From: Candidatus Poseidoniaceae archaeon
Lineage (GTDB): Archaea > Thermoplasmatota > Poseidoniia > Poseidoniales > Poseidoniaceae
Direction: 5' to 3'
Length of the DNA: 64,000 nt
Assembly (NCBI GenBank): GCA_943789275.1
Contig: CALSTM010000003.1
Location: forward strand, 160,489 to 224,488
A program made the translations under genes and the position numbers. The notes beneath the pieces were generated by a model. The model was not told the origin of the DNA and searched no databases. It worked only from the letters and a program-made list of their open reading frames with translations. Shown one piece after another: positions 28,580 through 36,929 of this stretch; the first letter of the stretch is position 1; each line of letters begins with the position of its first letter.

Positions 28580-29503
28580 TCAGACTTTCAGATTTGCTTG
28601 GCGAGCGAGTAATACGATTCTCATGCTGTGCTCAAGCATGGCCGCATTTGACCACGCTTGGTCGAGATTGGCTCCAACCGCATAGGCTCCCATTCCCCGA
28701 ACAACAACACAGCGCATGCCACCTTGATACAATGCTTCAGTAATTTGCTTCAGGAAGTCTGCAGGGTCTCCATCATCAGGGTCAACGATGATTACGTTAC
28801 CAATTTGCTCTTTTCCAAGAACATCGATTGGCTGAACTAAGACGAGATCTTTCTCACAACTTGCTGCGGTGGTGTATGGGCCGTGCGAGTGGATTACCGC
28901 TGCAGGGCCGCCAGTTACAGCGCTGCTTGCCAGTGCTAGAATGACTTCCAATGTCCTCCAATCTGCTGGTGCACCTCGGGGCGCCGCTTTTCCAAGGAAC
29001 CCCGCACACAAACCTCGCTCATCAAGCCGCGGTAACATTACCCTGTTTCGAGTCGACACCATGATGCCCAGATTATCTGGATGCAACATGGCGATAGTGC
29101 CCATGGTGGCTCGAATGAGTTGTTCTCTGTCGAGTTGTCGAGCGAGACGGGCAAAGTCACTTACTATGTGAGCGCCGATGACAATGTCTTCGATGACCGC
29201 AGGCGGCATTGGGGGCGTCTCGAGTTCTTCGATAACATCAACCGCTCCAGCCATTGACATTCGTAGCCGTTCGACTTCAGCATTGAGGCGCGCGATCTCC
29301 TGTTCCGCTAGCGCCTGTTGCTCGTCGGTTGGATGAACGTTCATGTCCTGAACAGGTCGTTTTTCAGCAGATTTGACCTCGTCATTGACTGGTGAAACCT
29401 CGTGTTCAGGAATACTTTCGTCTTTCTCCTCCACAACTTCAGCAGGAGGGTTTCCTTCAGGCTCTACTGGGGAGTCGGTAGGTGCTTCATCCGGAGTTGG
29501 CAT
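28580..29503 (-). CDS. class II aldolase/adducin-domain protein (C-terminal portion of a probably longer, frameshifted gene)
   Basis: AVIHSHGPYTTAAS and VVRGMGAYAVGANLDQAW match the class II aldolase metal-binding core. The N-terminal part is an acidic coiled region. The reading frame stays open upstream of ATG 29503 through PSGP repeats until a stop at 29696-29698. Confidence 0.6.
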   Translation of the reverse strand: MPTPDEAPTDSPVEPEGNPPAEVVEEKDESIPEHEVSPVNDEVKSAEKRPVQDMNVHPTDEQQALAEQEIARLNAEVERLRMSMAGAVDVIEELETPPMPPAVIEDIVIGAHIVSDFARLARQLDREQLIRATMGTIAMLHPDNLGIMVSTRNRVMLPRLDERGLCAGFLGKAAPRGAPADWRTLEVILALASSAVTGGPAAVIHSHGPYTTAASCEKDLVLVQPIDVLGKEQIGNVIIVDPDDGDPADFLKQITEALYQGGMRCVVVRGMGAYAVGANLDQAWSNAAMLEHSMRIVLLARQANLKV

Positions 29504-30123
29504 CTCTTCAACGCTCTCCTCAGTCGCTGGTTCAGTGCTTTCCCCGTCTGCTGCAGGCGGCTCAGATGGTGGGCCGGATGGTGGGCCGGATGGTGGACCG
29601 GATGGCGGACCCGATGATGGGCGGGAAGGAGGATCAGAAGGAGGACCGGAAGGCGGACCCGATGGTCGGGACCCGATGGTGGGCCGGAAGGAGGATCAGA
29701 AGGAGGACCGGATGGCGGACCCGATGGTGGAGTGGACGAGGGGGTTGAACTTTCGACCTCTTCATCGACTTGTTCAGATTTTTCATCAGCAGCCTCTTCA
29801 ACGCTTTCCTCAGTCGCTGGTTCAGTGCCTTCTCCGTCAGCTGCAGGCGGCTCAGATGATGGACCGGATGGTGGGCCAGATGGTGGGCCGGATGGTGGAC
29901 CGGATGGTGGCTGTGATGAAGGCCCAGGAGGAGGGCCACTTGGACTCGAAGGGGGTGATTCGAGGGGTGATTCTCCCTCACTTTCTTCTGTTGGGGTGGG
30001 AGCATCTTCTTCGGTTTTCTGCAACCCGCCAAGGTCGCCAAACGCAGCATCGAGTAGATTTCCGACGTGAGCATCTTTTTGTTCTTCTTTTGATTGTTCA
30101 GCAGATGTTTTTTTTCCCGCCAT
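29464..30123 (-). pseudogene. acidic PSGPPSGP-repeat N-terminal segment, apparently the 5' part of the aldolase-domain gene, separated by a frameshift within the repeat
   Basis: ATG 30123 gives MAGKKTSAEQSKEEQKDAHVG..., then (PSGP)n, an acidic spacer and a second (PSGP)n block. The frame is lost near 29665-29695, where the downstream frame (that of the 28580..29503 CDS) becomes open. Confidence 0.4.
29560..29950. repeat. two blocks of imperfect 12-nt tandem repeats (GATGGTGGGCCG and relatives) encoding PSGP on the minus strand
   Basis: Direct inspection shows ggtgggccggatggtgggccggatggtggaccggatggcggacccgatg... repeated at 29565-29720 and again at 29855-29950. Confidence 0.7.
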
Positions 30124-30191
30124 CGATAACGCCCCATACTGGCCACATGGCGCGGCTTAAATAGCGGTTGCGTAACGGAAGTCTTGCATAG

Positions 30192-30263
30192 GCCCGCTTG
30201 GTGTAGAGGTTATCATGCAGGATTGTCATTCCTGCGACCCGGGTTCAATTCCCGGAGTGGGCG
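30192..30263 (+). tRNA. tRNA-Asp (anticodon GTC)
   Basis: Cloverleaf folded by hand. Acceptor GCCCGCT/AGTGGGC. Anticodon stem CAGGA/TCCTG with loop TTGTCAT. T-arm CCGGGTTCAATTCCCGG. CCA not fully encoded. Confidence 0.7.
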
Positions 30264-30325
30264 CCTATCTCTCCCTAACATGTTGTTAAACAGTGTTTGA
30301 TATACTCACTTGAGAACATCGTGAC

Positions 30326-31285
30326 ATGGTCACCAAACCTAAACTTGCAGTCTCGTCGTGTTTACTCGGCCAGAAAGTTCGCTACAATGGAGATGCTGCG
30401 GAGTTCAGAGCACTCACTCGCAAGTGGAACGGACATTTCGAACTTGTTGGCGTCTGCCCTGAAGTCGGAATTGGAATGGGCGTTCCTCGCCCAACGATTC
30501 GCTTGGTAAACGATGGAAATTCCATTCGCCTCGTCAATCCCAAAAACAACGACGACTTCACAGACCGTATGCTGGAATATGCGCAACTTCAAGCCGATGT
30601 TTTGGTCGAATCAGGAATTTGCGGGTTTGTGTTCAAGAAGGATTCACCAAGCTGTGGCCTTGAACGGGTGAAAGTCTACCGAGAAGGCCACGTTCACGCT
30701 ACACGCGACGGCAGAGGCATGTTTGCCAAAGTATTCACAACACTCTACCCGCACATCCCAGTTATCGAAGAAGGCCGCCTTACCGATGCACGGCAGGCTG
30801 AACATTACTTAGCACGCGTTCATTTCTTTTCACTGTGGCGAGAAGAAGGCTTGAACGGGTGGACTGCTCAAGCACTGATGCAGTTTCACAACACGAACAA
30901 ACTCTTCCTCCTCAGCCGTTCCCCTGATGCAAAACGGCGTCTTGGCCGCCTTATTGCTGAAGGATTTGACAACGGAGACCGTGCAGAAACTGTTGCTTTG
31001 GCCTACATGACAGAGGCGCAACAATCCCTGAATGTACTCACGAAAAGTGGCCCAATTGCCCATGCGATGGAGCGCGTGCTGGGTAAGATTTCTCACAATC
31101 TTACCAAAGGCGAAAGGCAAGAAATGCTTGATGTGATCCATGATTTCCGACAGGGATTACTTCCACGCTCAGCCCCGTTAACCCTACTGCAGCACCACGT
31201 ACGCAGGTGCAACCTCGACACCCCAACGCATCGCCGATTTATGTCACCGATCCCACTTTCGCTCGGTCTGATGGCGAGAGTTTGA
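30326..31285 (+). CDS. DUF523 + DUF1722 two-domain protein (YbgA/TudS-like)
   Basis: N-terminal VSSCLLGQKVRYNG...GVCPEVGIGMGVPRP resembles the DUF523 Cys-ligand core. The C-terminal helical half matches DUF1722-type architecture. Confidence 0.55.
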   Translation: MVTKPKLAVSSCLLGQKVRYNGDAAEFRALTRKWNGHFELVGVCPEVGIGMGVPRPTIRLVNDGNSIRLVNPKNNDDFTDRMLEYAQLQADVLVESGICGFVFKKDSPSCGLERVKVYREGHVHATRDGRGMFAKVFTTLYPHIPVIEEGRLTDARQAEHYLARVHFFSLWREEGLNGWTAQALMQFHNTNKLFLLSRSPDAKRRLGRLIAEGFDNGDRAETVALAYMTEAQQSLNVLTKSGPIAHAMERVLGKISHNLTKGERQEMLDVIHDFRQGLLPRSAPLTLLQHHVRRCNLDTPTHRRFMSPIPLSLGLMARV

Positions 31286-31289
31286 CGGC

Positions 31290-32711
31290 TCATTGATTTT
31301 TACGCTGTGAACGATACTCTTCGAGTGCCTTTGCACGCATTCCTTCAAGGATTCCAACACTGTCCGTGATATCCGAAACAGTGATGTTGATGACCCAAAG
31401 TCCATAGTTGTGTAATCCGCTGTTGATTTCATGGATTAATCCTTGATAAAACCACTCTTGCGAGCGGTTGATGTCCTTAATGGTCATTGAGCGTATAGCC
31501 TTGGGGAATCTCTCTTCAATGATGGCACGAGTTCTTGCTTCAATCTCAGCCTCCGACAGACCGTTTAATTCTCGAGCGGCCGTATCCGATAGCGGGGGCT
31601 CTTCTCCCACGCCGACAACCAACCTCACGGGAATCGTCAACGGAACACTTTCCTTTTCCGGGATATCTTGAAAGTTGAAGTTGAGCGTCATTGGCTCGAT
31701 GACACTCGGTGGGTTGGAATTACGCGTTAGTTCAAGAATTTTAATTTGGCAGGCGACAGCTCTTGCACCAACCTCTTTCAACTCCATACTCGCACCTGCT
31801 GCGAAGGCTTGAAAATTACGCCAGACAGGACGATCGAAACCTTCCCGCTCCGGGTCTTTGATATGTTCATAAACAAGCCATGTGAGAGTTTGCTCAATAC
31901 CTTTTTTCAAGTATATTTTCATCAAGTTGGCATATTCGTCATCCGATAAAGTCCGAAGATAGCGATAACGAGGGCTGGACCACTCCTCAAACGAACCGAT
32001 GACATCTGGATCGGATTCTATACCGAATCGAGCCTCGTATTTTATCTGTGTGTGGTCTTTTTTCAACGTCCCCTCGCCGGCGACTGATATTTTGATGAGA
32101 CAATCCATGTGACGCTCCATAGGCGCAGCCACCTGTGAACTCGTTTCTTGAACGGCATGGTTCTCTTCGATTGTTGGAGAAAGGTTGAGGATTTGGAATC
32201 TGAGCAATTTCAACCCATTCTCCTGCAATTCATGGCGGCAGCAGTTGTTGAGATGGTCCATAAAAAGGCCAGGCCTATGCTGATATGTGCCAGCATATCT
32301 TGGAGATTGTATGGTTTGTTGAACGCCCCGCATGAGGGTCCCACGGACATCCTCTTCCAATCGACGCTGACGAAGTTCAACCAATTTAAACAACATGTCC
32401 GGTGTGAAGTTTTGGTCATCTGAAAAGTGAATTCCGATGGAGAGGTTTGAGTCGACGAGTTCTCCTGAGTGGGCTTTTGTTCTTGAGCGAAGATTGAACT
32501 CCATCGGCTCAAGTGAAAAAACAGCGTGGCGATGGTACATGGGCAGGAGAAACTTTCGACCGTTTCTGTAGACGATTGGCGTTTGTTCTTCACTGGTCGC
32601 TACGATGAGTATCTGTTGAGGCCCGACTTTCACTGTGAACGAAATCGCCAGCAACCCGATGCCTAACAGCAGCAGAACGCTGAATACGATGGCGACAATC
32701 AACAAGTCCAT
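31290..32711 (-). CDS. SPFH/band-7 (flotillin-like) membrane protein
   Basis: ATG at 32711 (the 32741 start is GTG). N-terminal TM LLIVAIVFSVLLLLGIGLLAI followed by PQQILIVATSEEQTPIVYRNGRKFLLP, an SPFH core. Long coiled-coil, flotillin-like C-terminal half. Confidence 0.6.
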   Translation of the reverse strand: MDLLIVAIVFSVLLLLGIGLLAISFTVKVGPQQILIVATSEEQTPIVYRNGRKFLLPMYHRHAVFSLEPMEFNLRSRTKAHSGELVDSNLSIGIHFSDDQNFTPDMLFKLVELRQRRLEEDVRGTLMRGVQQTIQSPRYAGTYQHRPGLFMDHLNNCCRHELQENGLKLLRFQILNLSPTIEENHAVQETSSQVAAPMERHMDCLIKISVAGEGTLKKDHTQIKYEARFGIESDPDVIGSFEEWSSPRYRYLRTLSDDEYANLMKIYLKKGIEQTLTWLVYEHIKDPEREGFDRPVWRNFQAFAAGASMELKEVGARAVACQIKILELTRNSNPPSVIEPMTLNFNFQDIPEKESVPLTIPVRLVVGVGEEPPLSDTAARELNGLSEAEIEARTRAIIEERFPKAIRSMTIKDINRSQEWFYQGLIHEINSGLHNYGLWVINITVSDITDSVGILEGMRAKALEEYRSQRKNQ

Positions 32712-32817
32712 GCTCTTCTCACACCGGAGTTTCCTTTTCACTTTATCGCGAATACCTCAACTGATTCTGCTTTCTTTATATCCAGTTGAAGATTTACCTT
32801 TACGAGGAGAGATACCC

Positions 32818-33243
32818 ATGAGTGAAAAAACATACACCGTAGAAATTGCAGATGCCACTGGACACAGCGTTGTCGAGATGACCAAGACTGAACTGATAAG
32901 ACAAGCTTCCAACACCAAAGGAAGTTGGGTTTTTGTTGACAACAAGATGGTTGCCGCCGATGAATTGGCGAACACGAATTTTGACGACGCCCAGCACATC
33001 AGAATGGTTCCGGCCCTACAAGCTGGAAAAGACGAGAAAACATACACTGTAGAGATTGCAGATGCCACTGGACACAGCGTTGTCGAGATGACCAAGACGG
33101 ATCTCATCAACCAAGCAACCAGTGCCAAAGGCAGTTGGGTGTTCGTCGACAACAAAATGGTCGCTGCGAATGAACTTGCAGATACAGATTTCGACTCTGC
33201 TCAGCACATCAGAATGGTTCCTGCATTGCAAGCAGGCCAGTGA
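32818..33243 (+). CDS. tandem two-domain protein, each domain about 70 aa with beta-grasp (ThiS/MoaD-like) character, C-termini QAGK / QAGQ
   Basis: ATG 32818 preceded by AGGAGA. Two domains MSEKTYTVEIADATGHSVVEMTKTELI...HIRMVPALQAGK and DEKTYTVEIADATGHSVVEMTKTDLI...HIRMVPALQAGQ. The ORF-track 202-aa version starts far upstream in low-complexity sequence. Confidence 0.5.
   Translation: MSEKTYTVEIADATGHSVVEMTKTELIRQASNTKGSWVFVDNKMVAADELANTNFDDAQHIRMVPALQAGKDEKTYTVEIADATGHSVVEMTKTDLINQATSAKGSWVFVDNKMVAANELADTDFDSAQHIRMVPALQAGQ
32823..33240. repeat. recent tandem duplication, two copies of about 210 bp at roughly 80% nucleotide identity
   Basis: 32823-33030 and 33033-33240 align colinearly (gaaaaaacatacaccgtagaaattgcagatgccactggacacagcgttgtcgagatgaccaag... 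twice). Confidence 0.8.
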
Positions 33244-33327
33244 GCCGTTTCGGCCCTAAAATCGAACGTTCTTGGAGGGACACCTTCAAGAAAGGGTGGC
33301 CGGTCGCGTAGTTTGGAGACGAATAGA

Positions 33328-33477
33328 ATGGTTGAACTTGTTGATTACAAATGTGCAGTCTGCGGAAACCTCGAATCCTTCCACCGCGAACGTAACGGAA
33401 TCAGCTGCAAATCTTGCGGCTCTCGCATCTTCATGAAGTTGCGTCGAACCGGTACGAAGCGACTCAAGGCAGAGTGA
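33328..33477 (+). CDS. rpoP: DNA-directed RNA polymerase subunit P (Rpo12/RpoP)
   Basis: 49 aa: MVELVDYKCAVCGNLESFHRERNGISCKSCGSRIFMKLRRTGTKRLKAE. CxxC...CxxCGxRI[FL] zinc ribbon typical of RpoP. GGAG lies 8 nt upstream. Below the ORF-track cutoff. Confidence 0.6.
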   Translation: MVELVDYKCAVCGNLESFHRERNGISCKSCGSRIFMKLRRTGTKRLKAE

Positions 33478-33533
33478 GGATTCAGTCCTTTCTCGCGCAG
33501 GGTTGAAAGACCGCTGACGGTAAGAGTGAATCC

Positions 33534-34679
33534 ATGTCATCTTGGCTTACTGACAAAGCACCGCTTCTTTTTGAAGAGTTGTTGCTACCAGAGGCCGTCC
33601 GTACCAGCATTACTCGCACATCGCTTCAAGCAAATCCCCCTCATCTCCTTTTTTCAGGTCCATCAGGGGTCGGCAAGACCGCCACTTGGCGCTTGATGGC
33701 GCGTCAAGTTCTTGGCCCAACTTGGGAGGCACGAACTCATATTCTTCAAGCTCGCGACTTGGCGAGAACTTCAGGCGCAATGGGAAAATTCGAAGAATTT
33801 CTACGGCCCGAGGGCAGCGGCTCAGACGATACACTTGCAGGTCGAACCAGCCTTGACGCCTTTGATCACACGTTTTCCGCAACAGCGGCCAACACGCCCC
33901 CTCCTGCCGGAGCCGAATGCGAACACTCTGCCGGACAAAGAGCAGCAGTATCTCGCCTCATCATCATCGAAGATGCGGATTATCTGGGGACAATACGCCA
34001 ATCGTATCTGCGCCGAATGATGGAGGTGAGCAGTGGCAGCGCCCGGTTTATTTTCACCGCCCACACGCCTTCACGCATCATTGAAGCATTGCGCAGCAGA
34101 ACCCAACACATTCGCCTTCCAAAAATCAACCGATCTCTCATTGAATCACGCCTGATGCAAATTGTTCAAGAAGAGAATCTCACTCCCGTTCGCGGCATTA
34201 TTGGAGACATTTCACACGTGTCCTCAGGCAATGTTCGTAAGGCTATTTTCATCATGGAACTCCTTACGCACCGAGACCTTCTTGGTGACAGGAAAAACCT
34301 GCAAAACCTGCTTGCAGCAACATCTCTGCGAGAAGTGCAACACATCTTGGAAGAAGCCTTGCGTAATCGAGTCCACGACTGGCGTTGGGAAAAAGAAGGT
34401 AACAAGAACAAACGCGTCCTCAAGGGTGCAATGGGCGTTTTGGACCAAGTGATGTCAGAGAATAATCTCGAGTCCGAAGATATCGTCGAACAATTTCATT
34501 TGTTGTTGACCGAAGGACGTCTCCATCTTGATGAGAACATTCTTTCTGAGATACTCGTGGCCCTTTCGGCGTGTGATGTCGCGCTCCATCGAAGTATGCA
34601 AGGGCGAATTGAACTGGAACGATTTTTGTTTCAAGTTGCCGACATTGGTCAACGGATGAATGCTGCGAAAGCGTCTTGA
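33534..34679 (+). CDS. AAA+ clamp-loader ATPase, replication factor C small-subunit-like
   Basis: Walker A LLFSGPSGVGKT. Walker B LIIIEDADYL. RFC-box ARFIFTAHTPSRIIEALRSRTQHIRL carries the SRC-type sensor-1 region. A roughly 60-aa insertion sits between Walker A and B. Confidence 0.55.
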   Translation: MSSWLTDKAPLLFEELLLPEAVRTSITRTSLQANPPHLLFSGPSGVGKTATWRLMARQVLGPTWEARTHILQARDLARTSGAMGKFEEFLRPEGSGSDDTLAGRTSLDAFDHTFSATAANTPPPAGAECEHSAGQRAAVSRLIIIEDADYLGTIRQSYLRRMMEVSSGSARFIFTAHTPSRIIEALRSRTQHIRLPKINRSLIESRLMQIVQEENLTPVRGIIGDISHVSSGNVRKAIFIMELLTHRDLLGDRKNLQNLLAATSLREVQHILEEALRNRVHDWRWEKEGNKNKRVLKGAMGVLDQVMSENNLESEDIVEQFHLLLTEGRLHLDENILSEILVALSACDVALHRSMQGRIELERFLFQVADIGQRMNAAKAS

Positions 34680-34701
34680 CAACCTGTACGCTGGAACGGT
34701 T

Positions 34702-34778
34702 GGGCGTGTAGCACAGCTGGATAATGCGTTGGCCTCCTAAGCCGAAGATCCCGGGTTCAAATCCTGGCACGTCCGCCA
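34702..34778 (+). tRNA. tRNA-Arg (anticodon CCT), CCA encoded
   Basis: Acceptor GGGCGTG/CACGTCC with one G-T pair. Anticodon stem TTGGC/GCCGA with loop CTCCTAA. T-arm CCGGGTTCAAATCCTGG. The 3' end reads GCCA. Confidence 0.6.
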
Positions 34779-34794
34779 AACTGAACTTTGAACA

Positions 34795-36174
34795 TCAATA
34801 GGTGATATGAACCAGTTTGTTGACTCGGTCAGACCCACTCATGATGGCATAGAAATCGTTACCACCGTTTGTTGAAGAGGAGGTGACGTATTGCACACCA
34901 TCGATGATTCCGATTTGCACAACGCTCTGGGACGCTACATCATACGAAACAAACACTTCGACACCCGCCTGCGAATCGTATGCATATCCATAGATGAGGC
35001 CATCGACGAGGTTTATCTCAAATCCACCTGCATTGGATAGGTCTTCATTTGTCGATTGCAACACTGTGGATGTTGTCATTGAATAATCGAGCGTATTGAT
35101 TTTGACCATCGAATAACCACCTCCGCTGTTTCGTACATCGAGATAGTAATGTGCGCCGTCGTATGCAGAAGTACCGGAACCCACCCCTTCGATATCTTCG
35201 ATCTGGGTATGCTTGGTTACCACTGCATCAATTGGGTTGATTGAAACAACATAGATATCAGGGTATGTGATTGTATTTTGTTGCCCTTGTCCTTGCCCTT
35301 GACTTCCGCTGTTTGTATCGTCAGAAGCATAAGCATAGATGATTTCATCCTCATGATTGTATTCCATGCCCCCGACATTATCCAATTCTGGGTGAGCGGA
35401 GAAATCAAACTGCGTCATTGTGTATTGACTCGGGTCTGATACCGTGACATGCACCAGGTAGTCGTTGTTGTTCCCGCGCATGTTGGCAAAATATTCCCCA
35501 TCGGAATAGGTCGTCACAGAGGCGACCGTCTCTATCCCTGCCAATTCAATTAATGAGGTCACTAAGCCATTGGAAGGGTCAATGGAGATGAAGTGTTCCA
35601 CATTTGTAACGCTGTCCCACGCATAGCCGTAGAGAAGATTTGTCGAACAATCGATTTCAATACCCCCGATGTTTGTGAAATCTGGGTTTGCACTGATGTC
35701 AAAAGCAATCATTGTTGAACTGTACGTTCCATCACCCGTTCCGCATTCTGTGGTTCCAGTTCCACTCCCGTCTCCTGGGTCTGTGTCGCCGTTGTCACCT
35801 GGTTCTGTGCCGCCGTTGTCTCCAGAGCCTGAACCACCGTTGTCTTCGGGGGCTGTGCCGCCGTTGTCTTCAGGGTCGGTCACATTTCCTCCGTTTCCAG
35901 AGTTGCCGTCATCTGTGTCTGAGCCATCATCGGTGTTATCGTTACCGTTGCCGGTCCCGTTCACTGGCTCTCCGTTGCTGCCATCATCCGTATTTCCATT
36001 GCCCGTTCCTGTATCGGTTCCTGAACCGCCGTTTGAGCCGTTGATGACTTCATCCGTATCGTCAATTGCCGGGTCCTCTTCGGGAACGGGTTCAACGACG
36101 ATTGGGTCTTCAATACACCCTGCTAAAGATGCTGAAAGCATGAGGAAAACAAGTAGGGCGGTGGGACGAATCAT
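34795..36174 (-). CDS. lipoprotein with long Gly/Asp/Thr/Asn low-complexity linker and repeated beta-propeller-like modules
   Basis: MIRPTALLVFLMLSASLAGC lipobox-like signal. A roughly 130-aa G/N/D/T linker. Repeated ...NIGGIEID...LLYGYAWD / NVGGMEYN...IIYAYASD / NAGGFEIN...LIYGYAYD modules. Confidence 0.55.
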   Translation of the reverse strand: MIRPTALLVFLMLSASLAGCIEDPIVVEPVPEEDPAIDDTDEVINGSNGGSGTDTGTGNGNTDDGSNGEPVNGTGNGNDNTDDGSDTDDGNSGNGGNVTDPEDNGGTAPEDNGGSGSGDNGGTEPGDNGDTDPGDGSGTGTTECGTGDGTYSSTMIAFDISANPDFTNIGGIEIDCSTNLLYGYAWDSVTNVEHFISIDPSNGLVTSLIELAGIETVASVTTYSDGEYFANMRGNNNDYLVHVTVSDPSQYTMTQFDFSAHPELDNVGGMEYNHEDEIIYAYASDDTNSGSQGQGQGQQNTITYPDIYVVSINPIDAVVTKHTQIEDIEGVGSGTSAYDGAHYYLDVRNSGGGYSMVKINTLDYSMTTSTVLQSTNEDLSNAGGFEINLVDGLIYGYAYDSQAGVEVFVSYDVASQSVVQIGIIDGVQYVTSSSTNGGNDFYAIMSGSDRVNKLVHITY

Positions 36175-36333
36175 ATTCTTCGGACGGACTACTACACTAA
36201 TACTCTTCTAAAAATAAAACCCTATGCGGTAGAATTTACTTCGTTTATCAACTGTACACCACCACCTTCTCGCTCGAGCAAAAGAGCGTAAAGGCCCCAA
36301 AAACTGATATATCCAAGGTTTTGATTGCTCTTT

Positions 36334-36819
36334 ATGCAGCAACTAAGCGAAGACGGTAAGTGGAAGTGGGACGGATCAGAATGGGTGCCGAATGAAGGTG
36401 CTGATGAAACACCATCATCTGCAGTAGCGGATATTCCAGTAGCGGCGGCTCCAATAGCCTCGCAAGAGCCCGTACAGGCAACGACTCCAATGGCCCAAAG
36501 TTCAACCCATAACGGGGGAGTCTGGGCAATACAAACTGCAGAATACGGGCTGTTTTTCACGAAACTCATCGGCTTCATTCTGACAGGAATCACCCTTGGC
36601 TTTGGCCTCCCTTGGGCAAAATGCATGGTCATCAACAAGTGGTCGAAAAAAGTCCGAATTGATGGGCGAAGCATCCGCTTTACCGGTACTCCAATGGGAT
36701 TATTTGGAATATGGGTGAAGGTTTGTGTGCTGAGTATCATAACGCTAACGCTGTATTATTGGTTCGCTGGTTACAAGCAGGTAGCAAAGTACGTTGACAG
36801 CCACATCACTTGGGCTTGA
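36334..36819 (+). CDS. DUF898-like small membrane protein
   Basis: ATG 36334 (the 36325 start is TTG). N-terminal soluble part MQQLSEDGKWKWDGSEWVP. Two TM helices flank a GFGLPWAKCMVINKWS motif reminiscent of the YjgN/DUF898 family. Confidence 0.4.
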   Translation: MQQLSEDGKWKWDGSEWVPNEGADETPSSAVADIPVAAAPIASQEPVQATTPMAQSSTHNGGVWAIQTAEYGLFFTKLIGFILTGITLGFGLPWAKCMVINKWSKKVRIDGRSIRFTGTPMGLFGIWVKVCVLSIITLTLYYWFAGYKQVAKYVDSHITWA

Positions 36820-36929
36820 AACCAAATCTATCTTTCCTTGCCATTCCAGGAGCTGGAAGTTTTGTTAAAACCACAGTGATTTTGTTGTGGCAAAGGCAAG
36901 AGACATATTCGACGGCCGCGCGTCGCAGC

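Noticed and set aside
29634-30146. 170-aa minus ORF reading HHPAHHPVHH through the repeat tract
   Set aside because: It is the third frame through the PSGP-encoding tandem repeat. It is compositional garbage and conflicts with the two coherent frames.
35750-36070. Short imperfect DNA repeats (ccgccgttgtc...) that could be mistaken for a CRISPR-like array
   Set aside because: The units are irregular and lie in-frame within the lipoprotein's Gly/Asp/Asn linker. They have no spacer-repeat periodicity.
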